The position numbers were made by a program, and so were the translations under genes. A stretch of 48,289 nt of DNA from a virus (Duplodnaviria; Caudoviricetes), in IMG/VR virus record IMGVR_UViG_3300042808_000082, positions 1 to 48,289 of that record; one strand, 5' to 3'. Of the stretch, positions 1 to 8,947 are shown piece after piece. How positions within the stretch are numbered: position 1 is the first letter of the stretch; the number at the start of each line of letters is the position of its first letter. A model generated the notes under the pieces. The model saw only the letters and a list, made by a program, of their open reading frames with translations, was not told where the DNA came from and did no database searches.

Positions 1-127
1 AGGAAACATCAAGTACGGTGCTCCTAAAGGGTTTTTTGATGACTGTGTGTGTTCTCTGATGCTCTGTAACTACGGGATGAACGGAGGCGTCGCATTATGC
101 CTTGGCGGGTTTGAGATGGAACTTACT
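1..127. repeat. 127-bp exact terminal overlap (copy 1); circular assembly
   Basis: Identical to 48163-48289; the terminase ORF stays in frame across the junction. Confidence 0.97.
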
Positions 128-307
128 CAGGAAGAGTATGATGCAAGAACTATTTCAAAAGATGTTGAACTGAATGAAGACTCGATTTTTGATTGGTCAT
201 CTGACTCGCTGTGCAATGATGAGACCGGAGAGCCAGTGGATGACATTTATGATTGGGCTGACGATGAGCCTTCACAATACAAAAGGGGGGCAATAATAGA
301 GTATTGA
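1..307 (+). CDS. terL: Terminase large subunit, C-terminal part (continues from 47075 across the junction)
   Basis: In frame with ATG 47075; nuclease motif FFDDCVCSL, followed by an acidic tail. Confidence 0.93.
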   Translation, partial: GNIKYGAPKGFFDDCVCSLMLCNYGMNGGVALCLGGFEMELTQEEYDARTISKDVELNEDSIFDWSSDSLCNDETGEPVDDIYDWADDEPSQYKRGAIIEY

Positions 308-308
308 A

Positions 309-1049
309 TTACCAGGTGACTGTGGGTTCTGCCCACGAGTTCCACCATTTTATTAATTGTGGGGGAATTGCTTGTTCTGGCAATTTTCCTATCATGCTTC
401 GGTCAATGTTGGTCGGAGATGTTGCAAACGTGCCTCTTATGTTTCGTCTGTTGTCAAATAGGTATTTGAGATGCAAATACGGCGCAGATGTCATCAGATA
501 TTGGTGCCCTCCTTCTACCCCTTGGTCAAGGTTTAGTCCATCGACTGTTCGTTTGTACCCTGATAACTTCCCGAATATTTTCAGGTGCGGGGACGGGTAA
601 TGTGAAAAGTTTGTAGTTGAGTTAAACACGATAAATGTGTCAATATTTGAAATCAAGTCGCAAATTGGGAAGTATATACCACTTGTAGGAGGCGTATGCC
701 GCAGTTCGGTCAAGATGAATTCTTCCATAAATCTTGAAGGGATTTCGTCTATATCGATACAAAGAACCCAATCGATTCCCGATTCGTATGCATGTCTTAA
801 CACCCGGTTAATTTTTGTGCTTTCTGCTTCGGTTTCTTGGAAATAGTTAGATTTTGGAGATTCGAATTGGATTAGGGTTGTATTATGATTGCATTTTGAA
901 AATTCTTGGCAGATTTGTTCGGATGTATCTGTGGACCCATCGTTGCAAAGGTAGATTTTGTCTGCATGGAGTTTTTCAATTGATTCAAGAAACAATGGAA
1001 GAAGCAATTCTTCGTTCCAATATTTTGCAATTATTCCAAATTTATACAT
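309..1049 (-). CDS. Glycosyltransferase family 2 (GT-A fold), about 246 aa
   Basis: WNEELLLP...CNDGSTDTS...DWVLCIDIDE (DxD) motifs; likely start MYKFG at 1049 because the longer ORF overlaps the portal gene. Confidence 0.85.
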   Translation of the reverse strand: MYKFGIIAKYWNEELLLPLFLESIEKLHADKIYLCNDGSTDTSEQICQEFSKCNHNTTLIQFESPKSNYFQETEAESTKINRVLRHAYESGIDWVLCIDIDEIPSRFMEEFILTELRHTPPTSGIYFPICDLISNIDTFIVFNSTTNFSHYPSPHLKIFGKLSGYKRTVDGLNLDQGVEGGHQYLMTSAPYLHLKYLFDNRRNIRGTFATSPTNIDRSMIGKLPEQAIPPQLIKWWNSWAEPTVTW

Positions 1050-1143
1050 ATAAAATAAGGGGGATACTGAAACTTCAACATATCGGGCCGAAATTCCACA
1101 AGTTTTTTCAATTTTGAGATGTGTCTTTATTAAGAGGCACATA

Positions 1144-2940
1144 ATGGGGGAAGCATTACCAAAACCATCAATAAAAGATAGCAATATATATAACACCCTT
1201 GACAAGATTCCGTCTGAACAGTTGACCGACATTCTTTTGAAAGCCTTTGCTGCACGCGAAGGGTTTACTCTCCCTATACCTTCTTCTATCTCGACCAATT
1301 ATGAACCAGATATCGCAGACGCGAGACGGTGGGATGAGTTTGTCGAGTGGGAACGTGCCATACACCCCATTTCTAACTACTACAACACCCTTGGAGTAGC
1401 AAGGCCATACTTTTCTAAGGCTGCGAATGATGTGCTTGCCACGACCCCATATTATGCGATATGCGAGAAATCAATCTGCGACTATACTGCAGCACTTGAG
1501 TTTGGAGTGTATGATCGCGATAACAAGCATGTGCAGGATCTTGATGACTTTTTAGATTATCCGGGGAACCAGACATCGTTTGGCGACCTGATGAAAAAGT
1601 GTCTTCCTGACATTACCCGGTATGATGCGGGTGCTCTGGTAAAAACGTTCAATCGGAAGGGTAAATGTGTCGAACTTAATTCATTCCTCGGTACTGAATT
1701 CTGGAAAGAAATTGACCGGGTTCCGGTTGGAATCAATCTCGGTAGCCAACCACTCGCGAAACAGATTGGTTACTATTCACATGGTCATGTCCAAAGATAC
1801 TGGCAACGTTCAAGGACTGGAGTATATGTTTCATTCGACCCAAACGAACTTGCCTATATGTCTATGTATCCTCGTAATGACACGATATATGGGACTGACT
1901 GGATTTCTTCTCTTAAGGCGCCTATTCAGTATCTAATCGATTCTACTCGTGCAGCAGGTAAAACATTCCAGAACGGTGTGGTCCCATCTCTTATCTACAA
2001 ACACCCTCAGGTCACTGACAGAAAACAATTGATACAGCGACTTGCTGACTTGAAACAACAGAACCAGGGTCCACTCAAGTTCGGGTCTACGCTTCATCTG
2101 GTCAAAGATGAAGAAGTCGAGACCCTTTCTCATAAACTGCACGATATGGAATGGTTAGAGGGTCAGAAGTTCATGGCTCAACTGGTATGGTCGATGTGGG
2201 GGTTCCAGCCCCAGGAGTTTGTGGGTGAGTCTGCTAACCGTGCAACTGCGTATGTAAGCCGAAACATCACCAAATCGAAGATGCTTTACCCGATTATGAA
2301 ATACCTGGAGACGGTGTTCTCCCGGGACATTCTCCCATACCTTAACGGGTATGAGAAAGGCATGCGGTTTAAGTTTGAGGTTGAGCAAGACCTCGATGAT
2401 ACGATGAAGGTAGCTGAGACAAAACTTGCACAATCCCAGGCTGCAAAGACAATGTTCGAGATGGGTATCAAAAACAAAGACGCAGCCCGTCTGGCAGGAC
2501 TGACGACAGAACATGACGTGGTTGATTTTGATGAAATATCTGTAATGGATCTAAATAAGAGTCAGATGGGTGAGGGAGGGAAACCGTCTGAACCTAATAG
2601 AGGTCATAAGACCGACCAGGGAAAACCCGATAAAGGGAAGTCTGGTCAATCGAAAATTAAGTTTGGAGACAAAGAAGAACGGTCTGCCGGAATTAAGAAG
2701 GCAACTACTGAAATCAGGTTAGTGGGAGACGATGGTGCTGAAATCACCATTGTGCCCTCTGGGCCATCGGTTACAACAAACCGTAAAGGGTGTTCTACAG
2801 AAGCCGCCCGAGGAATGACAAAAGAGGTTCGGGAAATTACTAAGCACAACAGGGAGAAAATGAGAGACCCTGAAATTTGGGATTCGGTGGTTGCAAAAGC
2901 AATCGAAGATTTTGATTTAATGCTATTTATGGGAGAGTAA
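1144..2940 (+). CDS. Portal protein
   Basis: About 600 aa after terL; portal-like motifs IYGTDWI, FQNGVVPS, WGFQPQEFVG, ANRATA. Confidence 0.88.
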   Translation: MGEALPKPSIKDSNIYNTLDKIPSEQLTDILLKAFAAREGFTLPIPSSISTNYEPDIADARRWDEFVEWERAIHPISNYYNTLGVARPYFSKAANDVLATTPYYAICEKSICDYTAALEFGVYDRDNKHVQDLDDFLDYPGNQTSFGDLMKKCLPDITRYDAGALVKTFNRKGKCVELNSFLGTEFWKEIDRVPVGINLGSQPLAKQIGYYSHGHVQRYWQRSRTGVYVSFDPNELAYMSMYPRNDTIYGTDWISSLKAPIQYLIDSTRAAGKTFQNGVVPSLIYKHPQVTDRKQLIQRLADLKQQNQGPLKFGSTLHLVKDEEVETLSHKLHDMEWLEGQKFMAQLVWSMWGFQPQEFVGESANRATAYVSRNITKSKMLYPIMKYLETVFSRDILPYLNGYEKGMRFKFEVEQDLDDTMKVAETKLAQSQAAKTMFEMGIKNKDAARLAGLTTEHDVVDFDEISVMDLNKSQMGEGGKPSEPNRGHKTDQGKPDKGKSGQSKIKFGDKEERSAGIKKATTEIRLVGDDGAEITIVPSGPSVTTNRKGCSTEAARGMTKEVREITKHNREKMRDPEIWDSVVAKAIEDFDLMLFMGE

Positions 2941-2941
2941 C

Positions 2942-3040
2942 ATGGAGGACGAACTAATTTTAATTGATACTGACGGAAACCCGGTTGGAATTTCAGGCAA
3001 CCCAATATATTGTGTTGTTGCATCTCCTGAGGTAGAATAA
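2942..3040 (+). CDS. 32-aa peptide paralogous to the N-terminus of the next gene
   Basis: MEDELILIDTDGNPVGISGNPIYCVVASPEVE; starts 2 bp after the portal stop, TAATG overlap with 3040. Confidence 0.65.
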   Translation: MEDELILIDTDGNPVGISGNPIYCVVASPEVE

Positions 3041-5865
3041 TGGCAGAACGAACTGCAATTTTAATCGATTCAAACGGAGACCCGTTGGGAGTTGACGGAA
3101 ACCCGTTGTACATATCTGGGATTGTTGCTGTTGCATCTCTTGTAGAACTTACAGATGTGGCTATAACAGATCCTGCGTCTGGAGATTATATCGGATACGA
3201 TGCAAGCACTGGAAAATACATCAATAAACAAGTAACGGGAACCGGACTTGGCGATGTTGTTGGGCCTGCTGGTGCAACCGCAGGCAATTTGCCAATTCTC
3301 GATTCTTCGGGGAAGATTTTGCATGACTCTGGATTGGCGGTTTCAGAGGTTGCGTCGATTGATTATGTGACGGAATATGTTGAACAATATATCCACGGGG
3401 TTGTATGGCAAGACCCAGTGATTTCTGTAGCGTCTGCAGCACCAGTATCCCCAACTGACGGAGATCGATATATTGTTTCAGATACTCCAGAAGGAGATTG
3501 GATTGGGCATGAGAACTGTATTGCAACATGGTGGGAAGGTGGACCAACCTGGCTGTATTTGTCTCCGGGTGAAGGTTGGGCATGTTATAATCGGGCAACA
3601 GACACGTTGATGATATACAACACCACTGAACAGCGGTGGGTTGATACCGGGTCTTCTGGAGTGCCTGAAGCACCGTCTGATGGTGAAATATATGGTAGAC
3701 TAAATGGAACCTGGTCAATTGCACAATCAAAACTATTCTATGAAAGTGGCGTTGGCCAGATTTCACCAGTTCCGGTTCCTATTCCAGGTTTAACTGATAT
3801 TGTACAGGTGTGCAGTTATGAAATCGGACCTCACCCGGGAACCCATACATGGCCAGAAGTTACGGTATTCTTCTCAGAAGGAGCAACTGTAATTCTTCGT
3901 GGTGCAGACGGTGCATTTGACATTGATGACGCCATTGAACTGCATACTGCAGTTGGAACTCTCACAATTGAGTCTCCTGGTCAAACGGTATCTCCTAGAG
4001 ACGTATCTGCATATTTCAATGTGGGAACAAACACAGTCTACGTAAAGACGTATTCTACGGTCCCAGATTCTTATGGGTGTCCTGACCTGTTCTTGTATGT
4101 TACTCCAGGTCAGTCACGTGACATTGTTCCAAGAACCGATACCGTAGGGAATATTGGAACTGCAACAAAGTCGTGGGGTGAAGTTGTCGGACAAACGATA
4201 ATTGCACTTGGTGAGTTCAAAGTCGGGGACGAACAGTTATCATATTCTCATGTCGGGGCTGCACCTAGTAGCCACGTTCACTCCATAGCAACACAGGTGG
4301 CATCAGGATTCATGCCAGCACTCAATGGGGATCCTGCATCGTATATGCGTGGAGATGGAACCTGGGGTGCAGGAGGGGCGCCTGCAGCACATGCTACTTC
4401 ACATCTCTCTACCGGGGACGATCCAATACTTCCTGCTTCTCCTGATGGATATTCTGGATTGATGACCGGAGCAGATAAAACCAAACTTGATGGGATTGCC
4501 ACCGGGGCAGAAGTCAATGTCAATGCTGACTGGAACTCTGGGTCTGGCGATAGCCAGATATTGAATAAACCAACTCTGGGGACGGTTGCATCTTGGGACG
4601 TTGGAACTGGTGCAAACAATATCCTTCAGTTAAACGCAAGTGCTCAGATACCTGCAGTTGATGGAACACTCATAACCGGGGTATCTGCATCAAATCTTTC
4701 GATATCGTCTAGGTCTGCAGTAGCGACAAAAAAAGGTCAGGCAGTATACATTATCCCCGGGAATTCGGCACTTCCAGACGTTGCTCTTTGTGATAACACG
4801 ATTGCATCAAAATCCAGGATATTTGGTATAGTCGTCGCAGACGGGTCTATTGGAGACACGATTTCAGTGCGTAGGGGAGGCGTTCTTACTAATGTTGATA
4901 CCAGGACATCGAACACGGCTGTAAACCCGAATGGAGAGACCTGGGTTGAAGGCGACCTGCTGTTTGCAACAACTAACGGTGGACTTACAAAGGTCAGGCC
5001 TACCTCTGGAAGAAGTGTAAAAGTTGGGTATTCAATAAAAGGGTCGAATGTAACCGATTCGATTCTGTTACATCCAATGGAGAACCCGGTATGGGTTGCG
5101 TGTGCATCTGGTGAAGATGTTGTACTTAGACTTGGAGATAATGGAGGGGCAAATAAAGTCAGCATCCGTGATTACGCTAACAACGAAGTTGCATCTATCA
5201 ATTCCGATGGTGTGATAACGGGTGTGGGATCCGGATTGACCGGGGTTAATGTTACTGCTTCAACGTGGATACAAGAGAGCGGGTCGTTTACCGCGACTCC
5301 TGCAAGTACGTCAACGCTGACAATGACCTCTGATAAGACGGGTACGATTAAGGTCGGTATGGGTCTTAAGTACGTTATAGGTGGGGTAACATATTACGGG
5401 ATGGTATCTGCAATTGTTTCGAATCTTCTGACGGTTAGGGGTGCCCCACTCGGGGGAGATGTAACCGCGTTGTATTATTGCGACTCAACAAGACTGGTTC
5501 AGATGCCCCTGCTTATTCCTGGGTATTATGAAGATGCAAATAATACGGCATTAATATCATCAGATTTGGGACAATATTTGATTTGGAGGCAAAGCACATC
5601 ATATCTTGTCGCTATTGATGCTAGGTCAAGGGTCGCAGACGCTAGCAGCGATGGGAAAATTAATGCACGAGTTAACGGATCTGATGTGTGCTCGACTTCC
5701 GGAGGGTTGACATTAAACTCTACAAATTGGGTGTCTACTGCAGTAAATATCGATACCACTACATACGACATTTTGTACGGAGAAGCAATCGAACTTAATG
5801 CAACCAAAGGCACTGGGGGAGACGCTCAGGATCTTTCAATGTGGCTGGTATTTGTGGTGGCATAA
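3040..5865 (+). CDS. Mosaic fibre/adhesin-like virion protein (DUF2793-like and DUF2190-like segments)
   Basis: WQDPVIS...GDRYIV...W.GHEN.IA.W (DUF2793-like); VPEAPSDGEIYGR and GLMTGADKTKLDGIATGAEVNVNADW fibre motifs; G/T/S-rich. Confidence 0.72.
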   Translation: MAERTAILIDSNGDPLGVDGNPLYISGIVAVASLVELTDVAITDPASGDYIGYDASTGKYINKQVTGTGLGDVVGPAGATAGNLPILDSSGKILHDSGLAVSEVASIDYVTEYVEQYIHGVVWQDPVISVASAAPVSPTDGDRYIVSDTPEGDWIGHENCIATWWEGGPTWLYLSPGEGWACYNRATDTLMIYNTTEQRWVDTGSSGVPEAPSDGEIYGRLNGTWSIAQSKLFYESGVGQISPVPVPIPGLTDIVQVCSYEIGPHPGTHTWPEVTVFFSEGATVILRGADGAFDIDDAIELHTAVGTLTIESPGQTVSPRDVSAYFNVGTNTVYVKTYSTVPDSYGCPDLFLYVTPGQSRDIVPRTDTVGNIGTATKSWGEVVGQTIIALGEFKVGDEQLSYSHVGAAPSSHVHSIATQVASGFMPALNGDPASYMRGDGTWGAGGAPAAHATSHLSTGDDPILPASPDGYSGLMTGADKTKLDGIATGAEVNVNADWNSGSGDSQILNKPTLGTVASWDVGTGANNILQLNASAQIPAVDGTLITGVSASNLSISSRSAVATKKGQAVYIIPGNSALPDVALCDNTIASKSRIFGIVVADGSIGDTISVRRGGVLTNVDTRTSNTAVNPNGETWVEGDLLFATTNGGLTKVRPTSGRSVKVGYSIKGSNVTDSILLHPMENPVWVACASGEDVVLRLGDNGGANKVSIRDYANNEVASINSDGVITGVGSGLTGVNVTASTWIQESGSFTATPASTSTLTMTSDKTGTIKVGMGLKYVIGGVTYYGMVSAIVSNLLTVRGAPLGGDVTALYYCDSTRLVQMPLLIPGYYEDANNTALISSDLGQYLIWRQSTSYLVAIDARSRVADASSDGKINARVNGSDVCSTSGGLTLNSTNWVSTAVNIDTTTYDILYGEAIELNATKGTGGDAQDLSMWLVFVVA

Positions 5866-5867
5866 CC

Positions 5868-6551
5868 ATGATTTGTGTAGGTGTTGGCGCTGGAATCCGG
5901 CGCCCCGATGCGTATACTAAACTGCTGGTTCGTATGAATGGAGACGGGACGGCATTCAGATCGCTAACCGGGCAAACAATTTCACAATATGGTGGAGCCA
6001 CCCAAGATGTATCTGGATCTCGGTATGTTGGGTCTGCTGGAGTATTTGATGGGAATGGCGATTGGCTATCGTATTCTGCTGATGCTACCATCAATTTTTC
6101 ATCTGGGTCATGGACAATCGAATGCGAATATTATCCGCAATCAGAAACGCAATACGGAGGTATATTTTTTACAAATTCTGATGGGTTTTCCAAAAACAGC
6201 GTGATGGTTCGATATAACGATACTGGAAAAATATGGGTTGCTGTGGGAGATGGATCTACGTATAAAGGAGCATCTACAGCAAATAACCCCGGGGTGGGGC
6301 AATGGGCACACATTGCGGCGGTAATTAATAGAACAACAAATATGCTGGAGTTGTTTATAAATGGGGTGTCTGTTGCAACAACTAGCATTTCTGGATTCTC
6401 AATTATTGATACTGGGAGTGTTGGTACATACATCGGAAAGTATGCATTTTCTCCAACCGATTATCCGATAAATGGAAAAGTTTCGGAATTTCGAGTGTCG
6501 AACATAGTTAGATATTCATCAGACTTTACCAGACCAACTCGGAGAAAATAA
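5868..6551 (+). CDS. LamG/concanavalin A-like lectin domain protein
   Basis: FDGNGDWL, WTIECEYY, WAHIAAV, LFINGV, GKVSEFRVS..RY motifs. Confidence 0.85.
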   Translation: MICVGVGAGIRRPDAYTKLLVRMNGDGTAFRSLTGQTISQYGGATQDVSGSRYVGSAGVFDGNGDWLSYSADATINFSSGSWTIECEYYPQSETQYGGIFFTNSDGFSKNSVMVRYNDTGKIWVAVGDGSTYKGASTANNPGVGQWAHIAAVINRTTNMLELFINGVSVATTSISGFSIIDTGSVGTYIGKYAFSPTDYPINGKVSEFRVSNIVRYSSDFTRPTRRK

Positions 6552-6567
6552 TTTAGTTTGTCCATCT

Positions 6568-6620
6568 TATACCCACGGATTTCCCCGTGAGTATATCCGG
6601 GTCTTAACCAATCTTTTTTA
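6568..6620 (+). terminator. Hairpin followed by a T-tract
   Basis: tatacccacgg/ccgtgagtata inverted repeat (1 mismatch), then tctttttta. Confidence 0.4.
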
Positions 6621-6656
6621 TCTTTCTCGTCTAAATTGTTAGAAGAGGCAATTTAA

Positions 6657-7322
6657 TTGAAGCTAAGCACACGATGGACTCAAAATGAAGACAGTTATGT
6701 CTATCATATGACAAACAAGATGAAACTGACGACAGCGATGTGTGAACTGGTAACAGGGACTGGTGTCGGGTTCGACAACCTGGCGGGACTCGTTATAAAG
6801 ACCGAATGGTGTGTTCCTGAATCAACAGACTTCCCAAACTATCCGTTCGTGTACAAACTTGCAAACGAGTATTGTAAGTATGCCCAGACCATCGACAAAC
6901 CGTTAATCGAAGGAATGGTATATGAGAACGCTGTCCGGTATCTTGCGTCTCTTGCAAAACAAGACCCGGCATATTATAGCCGGTTCAACGGTATCATGTT
7001 CCGTGTTCTCCATGATTATAAAAACGGGAAAATCTCTCGCCAAAATGGTGAAAACTTGAACTATTTCAAAAGTCTGGTGAAGTGGTGGGACACGTTTGAC
7101 GGTAGAGAAAGAAACCACGATTTGTACTTGAAATTTCTCAACTATATTGTTGACAAATATTCAAACGTCGAGTTTTACCAGTTCTCAATAGATTTCTGCC
7201 TGAACTGGATAGGAGAGCATTCTCGGGAGTTCGTGTACTCCGATGACATGAACCCTAAACGGTGGTATGGGAACAACGGTGTCGGATTCATGGACAACTT
7301 AACCATGGCGGGAATGGGATGA
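6657..7322 (+). CDS. Hypothetical helical protein of the head module
   Basis: 221-aa ORF with GAGG upstream; ATGA overlap with the next gene. Confidence 0.7.
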   Translation: MKLSTRWTQNEDSYVYHMTNKMKLTTAMCELVTGTGVGFDNLAGLVIKTEWCVPESTDFPNYPFVYKLANEYCKYAQTIDKPLIEGMVYENAVRYLASLAKQDPAYYSRFNGIMFRVLHDYKNGKISRQNGENLNYFKSLVKWWDTFDGRERNHDLYLKFLNYIVDKYSNVEFYQFSIDFCLNWIGEHSREFVYSDDMNPKRWYGNNGVGFMDNLTMAGMG

Positions 7323-7963
7323 GAACAATGGCAAAACCCCCCAAAGGCGGCGCACCCCGCCCAAAGTCTCCCCTTTCTGTTGAACAAATGCTTGATGATA
7401 TGCACAAGTATCATCATCTGATGTTCAAACCGGGCCAGGTGAAATCCCCGGAAGGTATGGAGACAACCGAATCGTTTTTGTCTCAACTAGATGTGCTGAA
7501 ATCGTTCCAAGATATTATCATCAAAGCACCGGTGTTCGATAAGTACCAGACAACATACAGCAACCACCAGTCATACCAGGAATGTATGGAGTTGTCACAT
7601 GACAGCAACCTCATGGTTTTGCTTGAGTGCCTCTCTATCGCAACGATATACTCGGATCGCGATGACCCCTATGATAAGGGGTGGCTCAACATACTGCGGA
7701 TGCTGGTGGCGCTCTATCAGGGTAATCCGTATACCCGGGATAGGATTGGGTGGTTTATGTGGGCTGTCGGAAAGCATATTCATACACAATGCTATTTCCC
7801 ATTAGCGCTTGACTTATACTATGACCCCCGACTCTGGCACAGGCCAGGACAAGCATCTAAGCCACCTCTCCCCATCCCACAGTCCCTTACTTTTGACGGG
7901 ACAAATCAAGTCTTTGGGCCAGAGGATGATATCTGGGATTGCGAACTCCCCGATACCGGATAG
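7319..7963 (+). CDS. Hypothetical protein, weakly similar to the preceding gene
   Basis: ATGA-coupled start at 7319; shared pattern in the C-terminal half. Confidence 0.7.
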   Translation: MRTMAKPPKGGAPRPKSPLSVEQMLDDMHKYHHLMFKPGQVKSPEGMETTESFLSQLDVLKSFQDIIIKAPVFDKYQTTYSNHQSYQECMELSHDSNLMVLLECLSIATIYSDRDDPYDKGWLNILRMLVALYQGNPYTRDRIGWFMWAVGKHIHTQCYFPLALDLYYDPRLWHRPGQASKPPLPIPQSLTFDGTNQVFGPEDDIWDCELPDTG

Positions 7964-8945
7964 AGAAAACGAACTAATTTCATCAAAGGCAATGGAGGAT
8001 GCAATCCCAGCCTTTATGAAACTCCCTATTTTACACGTTGACCATTCTGAGAGACCTGCAGGTGGAGTAACAACGTGCCGGGTTCTCAAAGCAGGAGACC
8101 CGGTTCTTAACCCTAATCACAGAGATTTTGATATCAAAGCAAAAGAGGGAGACACGTATTTCAAAGCGTATATTCCCGATGATGGAGATTGTGATGATAT
8201 CTGGGAAAAGATTGAGAAAGGGCATTACAACAAGATTTCGATATACGGTGTTCGGACAATGGCATCAGATGAATGCAAACTCCGGCCACATGAGCGGGTG
8301 ACTCCATGTGTTACCAAAGGAATCCGCCTTTGGTCGTTCTCCCTGGTCGGCGAGAACGCAATCAATCCAAACTCATATATAAAAATTGCAAAGTCGTTTT
8401 CGGAGAATCTGTGCCAGGATTTCGAGCAAAAAACCGCTGCGCTTATTAAGGCTGCCTTCCCTGATTCTAATATGGCACCAATTCCTGATCAGGATGTCAC
8501 GGATGCCGGAGAAGCCGTAAAAATTACAACTGATGTTGTGATGAAATCGGAACTTGATCCGGTAATCCAGGATGTTACCCTTATTAAGGGCGACATGACA
8601 GAACTAAAAACCGGTATCACCGGTATACTGGAATATCTCAAGAAATCTTCGGATGCGCCTCTTCCGGTTGATACTCCTGCTGACCCCGTGGTCGGAGATT
8701 ATATCACCAAGGCTGCACTTGAATCGACTCTCGATATCATTGTCAAAGCAAAACTCGAACTTGCAGTTGCAGATATCAAGAAGTCGTATGATGCAAAGAT
8801 TTCGGAGTTCGAAAAGAAAATGGAAGAGTTTGGTAGCGAGACCATCAAGAAAGGTGGGAACACCGTTGTGCTGACTATGGGAGACCCATCATCAATTGAG
8901 TCAAACCCGTTCCTGGCAAACCTCGATGCCCTGGGAGATGAGTAA
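7821..8945 (+). CDS. Prohead protease (HK97-type) fused to a coiled-coil scaffold
   Basis: SGIANSPIPDRENE, ILHVDH, ISIYG, SFSLV..AINP motifs; directly before the capsid gene; start uncertain (7821 or 7926). Confidence 0.85.
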   Translation: MTPDSGTGQDKHLSHLSPSHSPLLLTGQIKSLGQRMISGIANSPIPDRENELISSKAMEDAIPAFMKLPILHVDHSERPAGGVTTCRVLKAGDPVLNPNHRDFDIKAKEGDTYFKAYIPDDGDCDDIWEKIEKGHYNKISIYGVRTMASDECKLRPHERVTPCVTKGIRLWSFSLVGENAINPNSYIKIAKSFSENLCQDFEQKTAALIKAAFPDSNMAPIPDQDVTDAGEAVKITTDVVMKSELDPVIQDVTLIKGDMTELKTGITGILEYLKKSSDAPLPVDTPADPVVGDYITKAALESTLDIIVKAKLELAVADIKKSYDAKISEFEKKMEEFGSETIKKGGNTVVLTMGDPSSIESNPFLANLDALGDE

Positions 8946-8947
8946 GT

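Noticed and set aside
1050-1298. N-terminal extension of the glycosyltransferase ORF
   Set aside because: It overlaps the portal gene antisense; GT2 motifs begin only at 1049
5868-6620. Diversity-generating retroelement target (lectin gene followed by a hairpin)
   Set aside because: No reverse transcriptase and no adenine-variant template repeat were seen
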